A stretch of DNA of 64,000 bases from an uncultured Verrucomicrobiota bacterium (GCA_903854475.1 CAINWP010000235.1:649-64648); one strand, 5' to 3'. Positions 8,921 to 20,072 are shown, numbered from the stretch's first letter. Notes: generated by a model not told the origin, from the letters alone. Made by a program: numbers and translations.

Positions 8921-10240
8921 TCACAGCTCGTAGGGCTTGAGCAACTGACGCGCCCTCAGGAAATCTCCAGCACCCAACGTGGTGCGGACGGCGGCCCAAT
9001 CTTCCGCCCAACGCCGGAGTCGCTGAACACTTGGGGAATCGAGGGCGGCGGGGTTAACGGGATCGACGGAGCGGTTGCCTCCAGACTTCGGATTCGAAGG
9101 CGAAATTAATCGGCCTTCGATCCCACGAACCTGTTCGATGGCCGCCGACAGCAAGACCATTGGATCGTTAGATGCGTCGGTGGACTCGATGGCCTGAAGG
9201 GCCTCATCGACCCCGGTCAAGACCGCCACTAGTTGTGGTCGGATCTCTTCCGGAAAATCAGACAACCCCGACACATGCAAGGTGAAGGCACCAAAGGCTC
9301 GGTTCAGCGTCCGGGAGGATTGCAGCCAAACGGCGCGGGCTTCCCGAAAGCGCCCTTCCGAAGCCCTCAACGCCACAGCGGCGGTCGATTCCTGGACCAA
9401 CTTTAAATATCCCGCTGTTAGCGATTCCTGACCCGCACGCACGACCGGATCGGCCCAGCGGGCCGCACGACCAGCCTGTCTTCGGATCTCGGTCGCATCT
9501 TCCTCAACCAAAGCTCTGGCCAGCCGATCACGACACTCCACCACGGCCGCATTGGCGTCGTCCGGAGCAAACAGGGAATCCCGGTCGAGCATCCAGGACC
9601 GGCCCGGGCTTTGCATCCACCCGGCGCGCATTCCCGAGGTTCTGGGACTGGCCAAAGACGCTTCGAGCGACTCCATCGCCTGCACGGTGCGATCGACCGA
9701 TTGCAAGTCTTGCCCCGAGAGCTGCCGGCGCATCATGCGCAACGCACCCATTATTTCGTTGGCGACCTCGGTCGCGCTGTGGAACTCCGCATGCGCCAGG
9801 GCCCCATCCAGCACCAAGGCTAAATCACCCAAGAACAGGCGCTCGTCCTGAAACCAGCTCCGGTCGGAGGGATTCGACTCCGGCGACAAGAGCAGGAGGT
9901 TGTGGGAGGCCTTCTGGGAAAACGGTTCGGTGTCTGGAAACTCCCGAAGCAGCTTGAGGAAGAGGGTGACCGCCGGACTCAGGTTGCCCTTCATCGTATA
10001 GCAAATGCCCAGGCGGTGCATCGCCTCCACCCGGATCCGGTCCGGAACATCGGGTTGCTCGAGCAGTTGCTCGTGAATACGAATGGCACCGTTGTAATGG
10101 CCGAGGACCTCTTCCCGCCACGCACCTTCCTCAAGGGAAAGTTGCAGCGGCAGCGGCGGCCCGGCCTGGAGCGAGCGGACCATCGCCCACCCCAGCAGAA
10201 TCCATCCGAAAATTCTTCGATAGCCACATTGGTTCTTCAT
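8921..10240 (-). CDS. Secreted hypothetical protein with an N-terminal TPR-like region
   Basis: 439-aa ORF with a signal-like N-terminus (RRIFGWILLGWAMVRSLQA). It is helical and Ala/Arg/Leu-rich. Its stop lies 27 nt upstream of the kinase start on the same strand. I recognise no family. Confidence 0.55.
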   Translation of the reverse strand: MKNQCGYRRIFGWILLGWAMVRSLQAGPPLPLQLSLEEGAWREEVLGHYNGAIRIHEQLLEQPDVPDRIRVEAMHRLGICYTMKGNLSPAVTLFLKLLREFPDTEPFSQKASHNLLLLSPESNPSDRSWFQDERLFLGDLALVLDGALAHAEFHSATEVANEIMGALRMMRRQLSGQDLQSVDRTVQAMESLEASLASPRTSGMRAGWMQSPGRSWMLDRDSLFAPDDANAAVVECRDRLARALVEEDATEIRRQAGRAARWADPVVRAGQESLTAGYLKLVQESTAAVALRASEGRFREARAVWLQSSRTLNRAFGAFTLHVSGLSDFPEEIRPQLVAVLTGVDEALQAIESTDASNDPMVLLSAAIEQVRGIEGRLISPSNPKSGGNRSVDPVNPAALDSPSVQRLRRWAEDWAAVRTTLGAGDFLRARQLLKPYEL

Positions 10241-10367
10241 TGGACGGAGGAATCCCTGCCACAGCCTTGTTACCGGGCCATGACGGCCACGCTATTTCTC
10301 TCCAGACGATGGATTCAAGTGTTCCCGCTGGCCAGCCGACGCTCGGCTCTTCAATCATGCATCTACG

Positions 10368-11519
10368 ATGTCCCCTTGGAGATGCCTAACTGCCTGCGTG
10401 TGGAGCCTGTCGTTGGGACTGGCAGCGACCGAACTGCATTTGTCCGCGCCACTCGATTATCAGGTCGTTCAACGGCAAACCATGAACCGCGGTACGGTCA
10501 CTTTGATCGGGACCGATGGCTCGCAGTTGGATGGGGCAATTTGCCTGGAGACCCGATTCGTCGCCGACGGCCGTCCGAGCCCTTGGATCCGCACGGATGC
10601 GCCGACAACGAAGGGACAATTTCGGTGCTCCGTGGAACTGCCCGCGGGCGGATGGTTCCAGCTCGAGGTGCGCCAGCGGAGGGGCAACTCCGTGGTGGCC
10701 CAAACCCAGATCGAACACCTGGGCATCGGCGAGGTGTTCGTGGTGACCGGACAGTCTAATTCGGCCAACCATGGCGAGGAACTCCAGCAACCCCAGTCCG
10801 GACTGGTCACCACCTTCGACGGCACCCGCTGGCGTCTAGCCCTGGACCCGCAACCCGGTGCTAGCGGCGGCGGCGGCAGCTTCCTGCCCCCTTTCGGCGA
10901 TGCGCTGTCCCGACGGTTGGGCGTCCCGATCGGCCTCGTTTCCTGCGGCATCGGAGCCACCAGCGTTCGCGAGTGGCTGCCGAAGGGCTCCCGCTTTCCC
11001 AACCCACCAACCCTGACAAGCCGGGTCCGCCGGCTCGACTCCGGTGAGTGGGAAAGTGACGGCGCGGCCTTCGAAGGTCTGGTGGCTCGCATGACTCCTT
11101 TAGGTCCCGGCGGGTTCCGTGCGGTGCTCTGGCATCAGGGTGAGAGCGATGCCAACCAGGCGGATGCCTCACGAACCCTCACCGGCACCCGCTACCGGGA
11201 ATACCTGAGCACGGTGATCCAAAAATCCCGGAGCCGCATTGGCTGGGCGCCGCCGTGGTTCGTGGCGCAAGTCAGCTACCATGTGCCGGGCGATGAGGCC
11301 TCGGCCGACATCCGGGCCGCCCAGGCTTCGCTGTGGCAGGAGGGCATCGCCCTCGAAGGGCCGGACTCGGACGCCCTCAAAGGCCCCCTGCGGGATTCCG
11401 GCGGCAAGGGTGTCCACTTCAGCGGACCCGGCCTTCGTGAGCACGGCAAGCGCTGGGCCGACAAGGTCGGTGGCTGGATCAACTCACCGGCCGCGCACCG
11501 GAAACCGGCCGCTCAATAG
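10368..11519 (+). CDS. SASA/DUF303-type carbohydrate esterase (sialate O-acetylesterase-like)
   Basis: ATG start with a signal-like N-terminus. The motifs GEVFVVTGQSNSANHG and VLWHQGESDA are typical of the sialic-acid-specific acetylesterase fold. Confidence 0.75.
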   Translation: MSPWRCLTACVWSLSLGLAATELHLSAPLDYQVVQRQTMNRGTVTLIGTDGSQLDGAICLETRFVADGRPSPWIRTDAPTTKGQFRCSVELPAGGWFQLEVRQRRGNSVVAQTQIEHLGIGEVFVVTGQSNSANHGEELQQPQSGLVTTFDGTRWRLALDPQPGASGGGGSFLPPFGDALSRRLGVPIGLVSCGIGATSVREWLPKGSRFPNPPTLTSRVRRLDSGEWESDGAAFEGLVARMTPLGPGGFRAVLWHQGESDANQADASRTLTGTRYREYLSTVIQKSRSRIGWAPPWFVAQVSYHVPGDEASADIRAAQASLWQEGIALEGPDSDALKGPLRDSGGKGVHFSGPGLREHGKRWADKVGGWINSPAAHRKPAAQ

Positions 11520-12961
11520 GCGATTGCCCAACGCCGACGGGCGAACCCATAGGCGACCGGCTTCACGGCTTGAAGCTTCGAAGGCACATCATCGCCGCCA
11601 AAACGCTCTTCGAAGGCGCGGATGTCCCGGTCGTATTCGGCCAGCAGACGCGCCTTGGCCGACTCCTCAAGGTAGGACCATTGCAGCGAGTTGCGTCCGC
11701 AGCGGACTAATTCGTCCCACGTCAGGTTGAACTCGCTCACGGCCGTCAGGTACTCGTCGGTCATCCCAGAATCCCACATCCCGGAATCGTCGGTCGATAG
11801 TCCACAGGGCACGCCCAAGCGAAGCATCTCCGGGAAGTGGTGCTGGGAATAGTCGCCCACGTATTCCAAGAGCAGGTTGCTCACGAGGTTGATCTCCACA
11901 AAGGCCACGCCGTGCCGCAGGTTTATAACGAGATCGTCGTCGGTGAGCACGTTATTGCCGTGGCCCAGTCGGGTGGCGCCGAGCATGAGTGTGTCGCGCA
12001 TGTGGGCATTGGGTTCATCCACCTCGCCGGCATGAATCGAAAGGCCGATGCCCGAGTGCTGACGGCGCATCTTGCGATACACCTCCAAGAAACGACGGGG
12101 GTGGCCTTTGTCGTTGTCCTCGCGGCCCGCCATGTTGATGCCCACCCAGGTGTCCCGATGGCGCGAGACCCAGTCGTAGGCTTGCTCCACCCGCTGCACG
12201 GCGTTGGGGGTGAATCGGAGCACCACGAATTGCAGGCGCAACGTGACTCCAGAAGCTCGGGCATCGGGTTGAGACAACCGTCGCTGGAGGATGCGTTGAC
12301 CCTCCTCCGGATCGAGCATCGAACCATCGGCGGCCACATACAGATCGGGAATGGTCTGGGCCTCGATGTAGCGAACGCCCTCGGCCCCGTAGCGTTGCAG
12401 CGTCCGCACCATCATCTCGGCGGCGATATTCGCGTCGCGCCCCACGGCCCCGAGTCGCGGCCAAATCCGCTCAAAGAACTCCTCGCGTCCTTCGCCCGGC
12501 GCATCTAGGCGCAGCGAGTTCATCCACTCGCGGGCCTGGGCCGGCGACAGCAAATCCAGAGCCGTGAACTCGGAGCGGCGGCACTCATCCATCGCGCTCC
12601 ACTGGAAAGCCGAAATCGTAGCGAAGCGGGTCCATTCATTAGTGTCGGTGGTGCACCCGCCGGCGCGGATTCGGGTAAAGAACCGATTGGTGCCCACAAT
12701 GGAACGGTTCGTGGCCACTGAGTACAAGTCTTCCATGCGCCAACAGCCTCCGGCGTGATGATGCAAATCACCCCCCTTGGGCATGGCGTAAAGCAGGCGG
12801 TACAGCTCGCTCTTGGGGAGCGACCGCTTGAGTTCATCGAAGCGCGTTGCAAAGCCTTCAGCCCGGACCGAAAGCAAACTAGCGCAGCAAAGGCCGAGGA
12901 AAACGGCCCACCGGCGGGCGTATGAAACCCACAGCACCGGTGATTTCATGAAGGACTTCAT
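11513..12961 (-). CDS. Secreted adenosine deaminase-family protein (ADGF/CECR1-like size)
   Basis: 482 aa with a signal-like N-terminus (AVFLGLCCASLLSVRA). Metal and catalytic motifs are GDLHHHAGG, SIHAGE and LSTDDSG. The start ATG overlaps the stop of the upstream NUP gene in an ATGA (12958-12961). Confidence 0.8.
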   Translation of the reverse strand: MKSFMKSPVLWVSYARRWAVFLGLCCASLLSVRAEGFATRFDELKRSLPKSELYRLLYAMPKGGDLHHHAGGCWRMEDLYSVATNRSIVGTNRFFTRIRAGGCTTDTNEWTRFATISAFQWSAMDECRRSEFTALDLLSPAQAREWMNSLRLDAPGEGREEFFERIWPRLGAVGRDANIAAEMMVRTLQRYGAEGVRYIEAQTIPDLYVAADGSMLDPEEGQRILQRRLSQPDARASGVTLRLQFVVLRFTPNAVQRVEQAYDWVSRHRDTWVGINMAGREDNDKGHPRRFLEVYRKMRRQHSGIGLSIHAGEVDEPNAHMRDTLMLGATRLGHGNNVLTDDDLVINLRHGVAFVEINLVSNLLLEYVGDYSQHHFPEMLRLGVPCGLSTDDSGMWDSGMTDEYLTAVSEFNLTWDELVRCGRNSLQWSYLEESAKARLLAEYDRDIRAFEERFGGDDVPSKLQAVKPVAYGFARRRWAIAY

Positions 12962-14076
12962 GGCGCAGCGGATTGGGGAACCTTGTCGGCATACTGCGGC
13001 CAGTGGTTCACGAGTTCGTGCAGCACCCGGCTACCGACACCGTAAGCAGCCTCCAGACTCGGGATGTAGGCCGAGAACTTGCCGCTGTTCTCTTCAACCA
13101 GGTTTTCGGCGGCGGTCTTTCCGGGCGGCTGCATGTCGAAGTTGCTGGCCGTGCGCAGCACTAGGACCCGGTTGGTGTCCACGCAGCCTGCCTGACCCAG
13201 AAAGGTCAGGGCCTGCAAGGTGCCGCTGTCCTCCATGGCGGTGGTGACGTAGTTGCCCTTGCCGTCGGTCCAATAGCGGGTCCAGTCGTTGGCCCACTGG
13301 TTCATGAGCCGGCCATGCCAAAAGGTCGAGGCGGCCAGATTGTCACCCTTCATGACCGAGGGCGACTGACGCGCCTTGGGATGCTGCGTGTAGCGGTTGC
13401 GGTTCTGAATCATGACGTCCGTCTCCATGAGCGGCGTGTCCCGAGTCAGGCGGTAGGCCCAGTCAACCAGGCCGGGATTGAGTCGGAACACCACGTCGCC
13501 CAACTGGTTTTTCTTGGGTTCTTCGTACGGCTTGGACTGGCTGAGCGGCACATACCCGGTGGACCAGTCGGCCGGCATTTCGCGCGGGTCGATCTCGTGG
13601 GCCAGATCGCCGTCGACAATGTACTCCGCCCAGGCGGCGCTACCGAGAGTCCCGTCGGCCGGATCAATGCCGGCAATGCCAGCGGTGATCCAGTAGGCCT
13701 TGCGAAAATCAAACCGCCGATCTCGCGCCAGGGCCGCGATGACGGCCGCGGTTCGGGCGATGCCACCGCCGGTGCAAACAGCCAGCACCCCGTCGTCGCG
13801 GTAGCGCAGGGGCCGGTAAGTTCCCGGGATTTCTAGCTTGCGATTCAACTGCTCACGCTCGACCCAAAACTGATATTCTCCAGGTCGATCGCCGGTATCT
13901 TCGCCCGGTTCGAAGAGGGTGATGATGACCACCTTGACGGGCATAGGTGAGGCTTCAGACGGAGTACCGGATGGCGAAGGAGACACCGCCCGACGGGCGG
14001 CACATCCGGAGCCTACGGAGACTAGGCAGGCCATGAGCAAGGAAAGCAGGAGCGCAGGGTGGAGAGTCGGTTTCAT
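12958..14076 (-). CDS. Purine nucleoside permease (NUP, PF06516-like) family lipoprotein
   Basis: The ATG at 14076 gives MKPTLHPALLLSLLMACLVSVGSGC, which is lipobox-like. The mature part, VKVVIITLFEPGEDTGDRPGEYQFWVERE...GGGIARTAA..., matches my memory of the NUP family. The track ORF extends to 14166. Confidence 0.7.
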   Translation of the reverse strand: MKPTLHPALLLSLLMACLVSVGSGCAARRAVSPSPSGTPSEASPMPVKVVIITLFEPGEDTGDRPGEYQFWVEREQLNRKLEIPGTYRPLRYRDDGVLAVCTGGGIARTAAVIAALARDRRFDFRKAYWITAGIAGIDPADGTLGSAAWAEYIVDGDLAHEIDPREMPADWSTGYVPLSQSKPYEEPKKNQLGDVVFRLNPGLVDWAYRLTRDTPLMETDVMIQNRNRYTQHPKARQSPSVMKGDNLAASTFWHGRLMNQWANDWTRYWTDGKGNYVTTAMEDSGTLQALTFLGQAGCVDTNRVLVLRTASNFDMQPPGKTAAENLVEENSGKFSAYIPSLEAAYGVGSRVLHELVNHWPQYADKVPQSAAP

Positions 14077-14210
14077 GACGGTTGAACTCGATCGGGCGGG
14101 CGGCGGGAGACAGGGCACGGAGCGGAGGGAGGGGTGAGTCGCGTTGTGAAAAAGGGGCGGCGACACGAAGGCGCACCGCCCCTATTGAACCAAAGACTTT
14201 AGACCAAAGA

Positions 14211-16505
14211 TTAGAACCGGTAAGCAACCCGGCCCTCGAGTCGGAAGGGCAGTTCGGCAATGATGGACTCGTTGCCGTAGACGCCATTCGGAGCGCCCCA
14301 GTTCTTCTCGTCGGTGACGTTTAGCAGCATGATGCGAGCGTCCCAGTTCTGGCGGGCGTAGAACACGGTCAGGTCGAGCGTGTACTGGGCCGGAATAACG
14401 AGCGTTCCCACGTTGTTGTTCCAGATGTCTCCGGTGGCCACCAGGTTCGCACTGACACCCGCGCCGCAATCCAGCTTGTAGGTGGTCAAGAGGTTGAACA
14501 GGTGCTCCGGGGTACCCTGACGGCGGATGGAACCGGACGGTGCCGAGAAGAATCGGTCGGCCGGGGACACCAGGGTGGTGTTGCCCACATCGAAGCCGGC
14601 CGCACTCGACTCAGCCTGAATGTAGGAGTAGCCGAGCGTGGTGTAGAAGTTGCGGTTGGGCTGCAAGTTCAACTCGAACTCCACACCGCGGGTGTCGATC
14701 TCGGTGATCTGACGCGAGACCGTGTTCATGTCGGACCGGGTCTGCTGGAACACGGCGAAGTTCAAGTAGCCGTGTCCGTCCAAAATCCCGCGCTTACTGC
14801 CCACCTCGACCAACTCCGCCTGGGTGTGGAAGCCGCCGGAGGAGAAGTTGGCTGCGCCCTGGGTCGTAATACCGCCGCCATTGCCGACCGTACCGGCCGG
14901 GTTCTGGCTCCAGTTGTAGGTCGCGTATCCGGACCACGTGGGCTGGAACTTGTACACCGCGCTGGCATTGGCATTGAACATGCCCATGGTGGTGTTATCC
15001 CCCGGGATCCAACCGGCCGGATCCTTGTAGTCAGCAAACATCACGTCCTCGCGCACGCCGGCCAGGAGGCTGAACTTGTCGGTGACCTTCAGGTCATGCT
15101 GCCAGTAGGGACCCACCTGCCAGGTTTTGCTGATGCCGGAGTCGCCGTTGACCGGCATGAAGTAGCGATTGGGCCATCCGGGGACCGGAGCGAAGTGCCC
15201 TCCCTTGTTGAAGTAATCGGCGTTGTAGATGTTAATGTAGTTTCGATCTTTGGTGATGTCCCAAACACCGGCCGGTTCGTTGAAGAAGTCGTTGTAAGCC
15301 TCAACCTGCTGATAACGCACCGAAAAACCAGTGTTGATGCTGTGCTTCTCGCCCGTGTAGCGCGCCTCCGTGCGATTTTCCAGAGAGAGGCTGGGGTCGA
15401 TGATTTCGGAATAGTAGTACGAGGACATCGTCTCGCGCCGGATGTAGCGGAAGAACGAGTTGTTCACGAACTCCCAATCGCCGCCGGGCTTGATGGTTTG
15501 CACCACCTGGGCGTTGTAGCTCATGCCCTCGGAGTCATCGCCCGGACGCAGCACGCGGAGACGGCGGTTGAGGGGCACCTCAGGCCCGAGTTCGACCTGG
15601 TTGACCGTCGGGAACCCCGAAGTCACATACTTCGAGTTTTGGGGGTCGGAGGGTAAACCGGGGAAGTTGTTGGTGTTGATGCCCGTCCGGTACAACCCGT
15701 TGTTGATGAGGTTCATGGTGGGGCGGTTCACACCGAAGTTCTCGGTGTAGTTGCCCCAGAGGAACTCGTTGTTGAAATCGAACGTATAGTTGTCGTTAGC
15801 GATCCAGGTAATCGCTCCGTAGCCCGCCTGGGTGCGGCGGAATCCATCATAATAGTAGCTGCCGGACTGCTCGCCGGAATAGCTCATACGGTAGGCCAAG
15901 TTGTCTTTGATGGGCGCTCCAATGTCGGCGGTCCAGCGGCGCTGATCGTACATGCCGTAGGTGCCAGTGACCTCACCATGGAAACCATCGAAGTAGGGCT
16001 TCTTGGACTGCAAGTCGATGTAGCCGCTGACATACTGCGAGGGACCATACACCACCGAGGCGGGGCCCTTGACGATGTTCACCGACTCCACCGCGTTGAA
16101 ATTGACCGGCAGGCCGTTGCCGTTGCTGGTCAATCCGGTGCGCATGCCGTTGACGAAGGTGTCGGCGATCTGGCCGCGGATGTCCGGCGTGGTCGGTGCG
16201 CCGAAATTAGATCGGGTGTACGAGCTGGAGGTCAGCTTAGAGAAATCCCGGACGTCAAAGATGTTGATCGCGTTCAACTGCTCCCGCGAGATGATGGTCA
16301 CATTCCGTGGGGTATCGATCACGCTGCGATCGGTACCATAGACGGAATTGACAGGGCGTACGGTCGGCATGACCGATTCCTCCAGCGGCACAGCCTCGAT
16401 CAGTGTCTTGTCGAGGACATTGGTGGAACTTTGGGCCTGGGCACTATCACGAGCACTGAGCGCGAGTGCAGCAGCCGCTGCGATCGTGAGTCGATGGGTG
16501 TTCAT
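14211..16505 (-). CDS. TonB-dependent outer-membrane receptor
   Basis: 764 aa with a signal peptide (MNTHRLTIAAAAALALSARDSAQA). It has a plug-domain motif (NIVKGPASVVYGP), a beta-barrel-type alternating composition and a terminal aromatic residue (AYRF). Confidence 0.9.
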   Translation of the reverse strand: MNTHRLTIAAAAALALSARDSAQAQSSTNVLDKTLIEAVPLEESVMPTVRPVNSVYGTDRSVIDTPRNVTIISREQLNAINIFDVRDFSKLTSSSYTRSNFGAPTTPDIRGQIADTFVNGMRTGLTSNGNGLPVNFNAVESVNIVKGPASVVYGPSQYVSGYIDLQSKKPYFDGFHGEVTGTYGMYDQRRWTADIGAPIKDNLAYRMSYSGEQSGSYYYDGFRRTQAGYGAITWIANDNYTFDFNNEFLWGNYTENFGVNRPTMNLINNGLYRTGINTNNFPGLPSDPQNSKYVTSGFPTVNQVELGPEVPLNRRLRVLRPGDDSEGMSYNAQVVQTIKPGGDWEFVNNSFFRYIRRETMSSYYYSEIIDPSLSLENRTEARYTGEKHSINTGFSVRYQQVEAYNDFFNEPAGVWDITKDRNYINIYNADYFNKGGHFAPVPGWPNRYFMPVNGDSGISKTWQVGPYWQHDLKVTDKFSLLAGVREDVMFADYKDPAGWIPGDNTTMGMFNANASAVYKFQPTWSGYATYNWSQNPAGTVGNGGGITTQGAANFSSGGFHTQAELVEVGSKRGILDGHGYLNFAVFQQTRSDMNTVSRQITEIDTRGVEFELNLQPNRNFYTTLGYSYIQAESSAAGFDVGNTTLVSPADRFFSAPSGSIRRQGTPEHLFNLLTTYKLDCGAGVSANLVATGDIWNNNVGTLVIPAQYTLDLTVFYARQNWDARIMLLNVTDEKNWGAPNGVYGNESIIAELPFRLEGRVAYRF

Positions 16506-16667
16506 TTTGTTCAGGTTGGTGATTTTCGGTCACAATCATCCCTCGGAAGAGATGACCCACGACCAGATATGGCGTTTTTAGACCGACAATCCCGACAAGC
16601 AGCGCCGATGCCATGACTGGCAAACAAGCTGCAGCCAGCCAGGATCGCCGGAAAAACCGCCCCGCTC

Positions 16668-18227
16668 ATGCCCACCGACAAGACAAAAACCAGACGATCC
16701 GCTCAAAAAACGGACATGAACGACTGGCTCTCGCAGCTGGGGGTTCCCCGGGTGGATACCCTCAGCAAGCAAGCCCGCATGGACCGCCCCATCCATGGCA
16801 CGACCTTGTATGTGGCCTCCTGCACCTTGGACACCCGCTTTGGACCCTTCCGGGCGCATGTCTTCCAAGACCTCATCCACAAGGGATACGTCATCGCTCT
16901 GACCCACGGCAACCTGGGCTCCGGAAAGGCTCTGTACACCCGGATCCACTCGTCTTGCGTCACCAGCGAAACCCTCCGGGGCTGCGATTGCGACTGCGTG
17001 CAGCAACTCGAGGGGGCCCTGGAGACCATCGCCCAGCGCAAGCACGGCATCTTGTTCTACCTCATGCAGGAAGGCCGGGGCGTCGGCTACATTGCCAAGG
17101 CGCGGGATCGCATGCTGGTGCAGGCCAGCCTAGACCAGATTTCCACCTTCCAGGCCTATGCGGCCATGGGCCTGAAAAAGGACTACCGCGATTACGAAGA
17201 TGTGATGCATGCGGCCACGCTGCTCGGCCTCAAGAAGGCTCGTTTCATCTTGCTGACCAACAATCCAGACAAGATCGAAGCCATGCGGGCTCAAGGGCTC
17301 AAGGTGGTCCGGGCCGAGCCCATCGAATTCGAGCCGTCCCCTTTCAACTTGGCGTACCTGGCCTCCAAGGCCACCTCCGGACACCGGCTGGATCGACCCA
17401 GCCTCACCGCCGTCAAATCGATGCAGCCGCCGGAGCCGGTCGAACCATTCTCTCCCCGGGCGCTGCCCGATGCCCAACGATTCATTTACACGGCCAGCTA
17501 CTTCCTGCCGGTCAAGCCCGTGGACAGCGAGATTCTGCTGACCGAAGCGCAATTCCGCGCCCACAAGGATGACATCGAGGCTCAGATGACCGGCCATCGC
17601 CCCTGGGTGAAGGACTGCTACCTGATCCGGGACAACCGCTTCATCGTGACCATCGACTACGAGCGCTACCTCGAGTTCCGCAAGGGCCGGGAAGGCGACC
17701 CGTTGGTCTCACTCATCAGCACGCCCTACTGGTTCCGGGTCCACGTCTACTTCGACATCGTCAGTGGTCAGGAGTTCGTGGTGCTGACCTATGGCAAGCC
17801 TAAGATCTACGATTTGCCGGTCATCCGTCTGCAAAGCGAGTCGCTCTTCAACCGCCTGCCGCTGACCAATTCCGACAATCGGGACAAGTTCAAACGGTCC
17901 GTGCGAGAGATCGTCCACTATGGGGTCGGGGCCATTTGCCTGCTCTACTTCGACGGGCGCGGGGCCGGCTTCGGTGCCCACGCGGTGGATCGCATGCTGA
18001 CCGAACGGGGCGACTCACTCTCGAGCGACGAGGCTTACCGCACCTTGGGCGTTGGCTACGACAGTCGAGATTACGAAGCCTGCCTGAGCCTCCTGCGCCA
18101 TCATCTCCCCCACTCTCGGGTGCAAATGATTATGAACTCGCCTTCCAGCCTCATCCGGAAACCGGAATATGCGGCGGCCCTGAATCGCCACCGTATCGAA
18201 GTTGAGAAATGGATCTTCCTCGAATGA
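16668..18227 (+). CDS. Tandem GTP cyclohydrolase II-like protein (canonical N-domain plus Cys-less degenerate C-domain)
   Basis: The N-half contains RIHSSCVTSETLRGCDCDCVQQLEGAL...ILFYLMQEGRGVGY...LLTNNPDKIEAMRAQGLKV, i.e. the RibA Zn motif C-x10-C-x-C and the EGRG loop. The C-half contains VIRLQSESLFNRLPLTNSDN...LLYFDGRGAGFG...MIMNSPSSL. It aligns to the same fold by eye but has lost all three Cys. Confidence 0.8.
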   Translation: MPTDKTKTRRSAQKTDMNDWLSQLGVPRVDTLSKQARMDRPIHGTTLYVASCTLDTRFGPFRAHVFQDLIHKGYVIALTHGNLGSGKALYTRIHSSCVTSETLRGCDCDCVQQLEGALETIAQRKHGILFYLMQEGRGVGYIAKARDRMLVQASLDQISTFQAYAAMGLKKDYRDYEDVMHAATLLGLKKARFILLTNNPDKIEAMRAQGLKVVRAEPIEFEPSPFNLAYLASKATSGHRLDRPSLTAVKSMQPPEPVEPFSPRALPDAQRFIYTASYFLPVKPVDSEILLTEAQFRAHKDDIEAQMTGHRPWVKDCYLIRDNRFIVTIDYERYLEFRKGREGDPLVSLISTPYWFRVHVYFDIVSGQEFVVLTYGKPKIYDLPVIRLQSESLFNRLPLTNSDNRDKFKRSVREIVHYGVGAICLLYFDGRGAGFGAHAVDRMLTERGDSLSSDEAYRTLGVGYDSRDYEACLSLLRHHLPHSRVQMIMNSPSSLIRKPEYAAALNRHRIEVEKWIFLE

Positions 18228-18336
18228 ACGCTCCATCCATGACTCGGTTCCGCGGCCAAAAGCTAGAATTTTCCAACGCGGGTGCCAGGAAGTTTTACTT
18301 GATGCTCAGGCAAACGCCTTGGGACAGTAACATTTC

Positions 18337-19950
<1,614 letters not shown>

Positions 19951-19980
19951 ACCGTTTCCAGACCCGGACAAAAACGACGA

Positions 19981-20008
19981 CGGGCGGACCGAATCAACGG
20001 GCCGCCCG
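19981..20008. terminator. GC-rich hairpin between the convergent pyrG and DUF1080 genes
   Basis: CGGGCGGACC (19981-19990) pairs with GGGCCGCCCG (19999-20008) at 9 of 10 positions, with an 8-nt loop. There is no clear U-tract. Confidence 0.4.
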
Positions 20009-20072
20009 CGCGAATCTTATCACCGGAGAAATCTGGGGTTACCTCCAGAGCTCACCGTAACCGATCTCCGGA

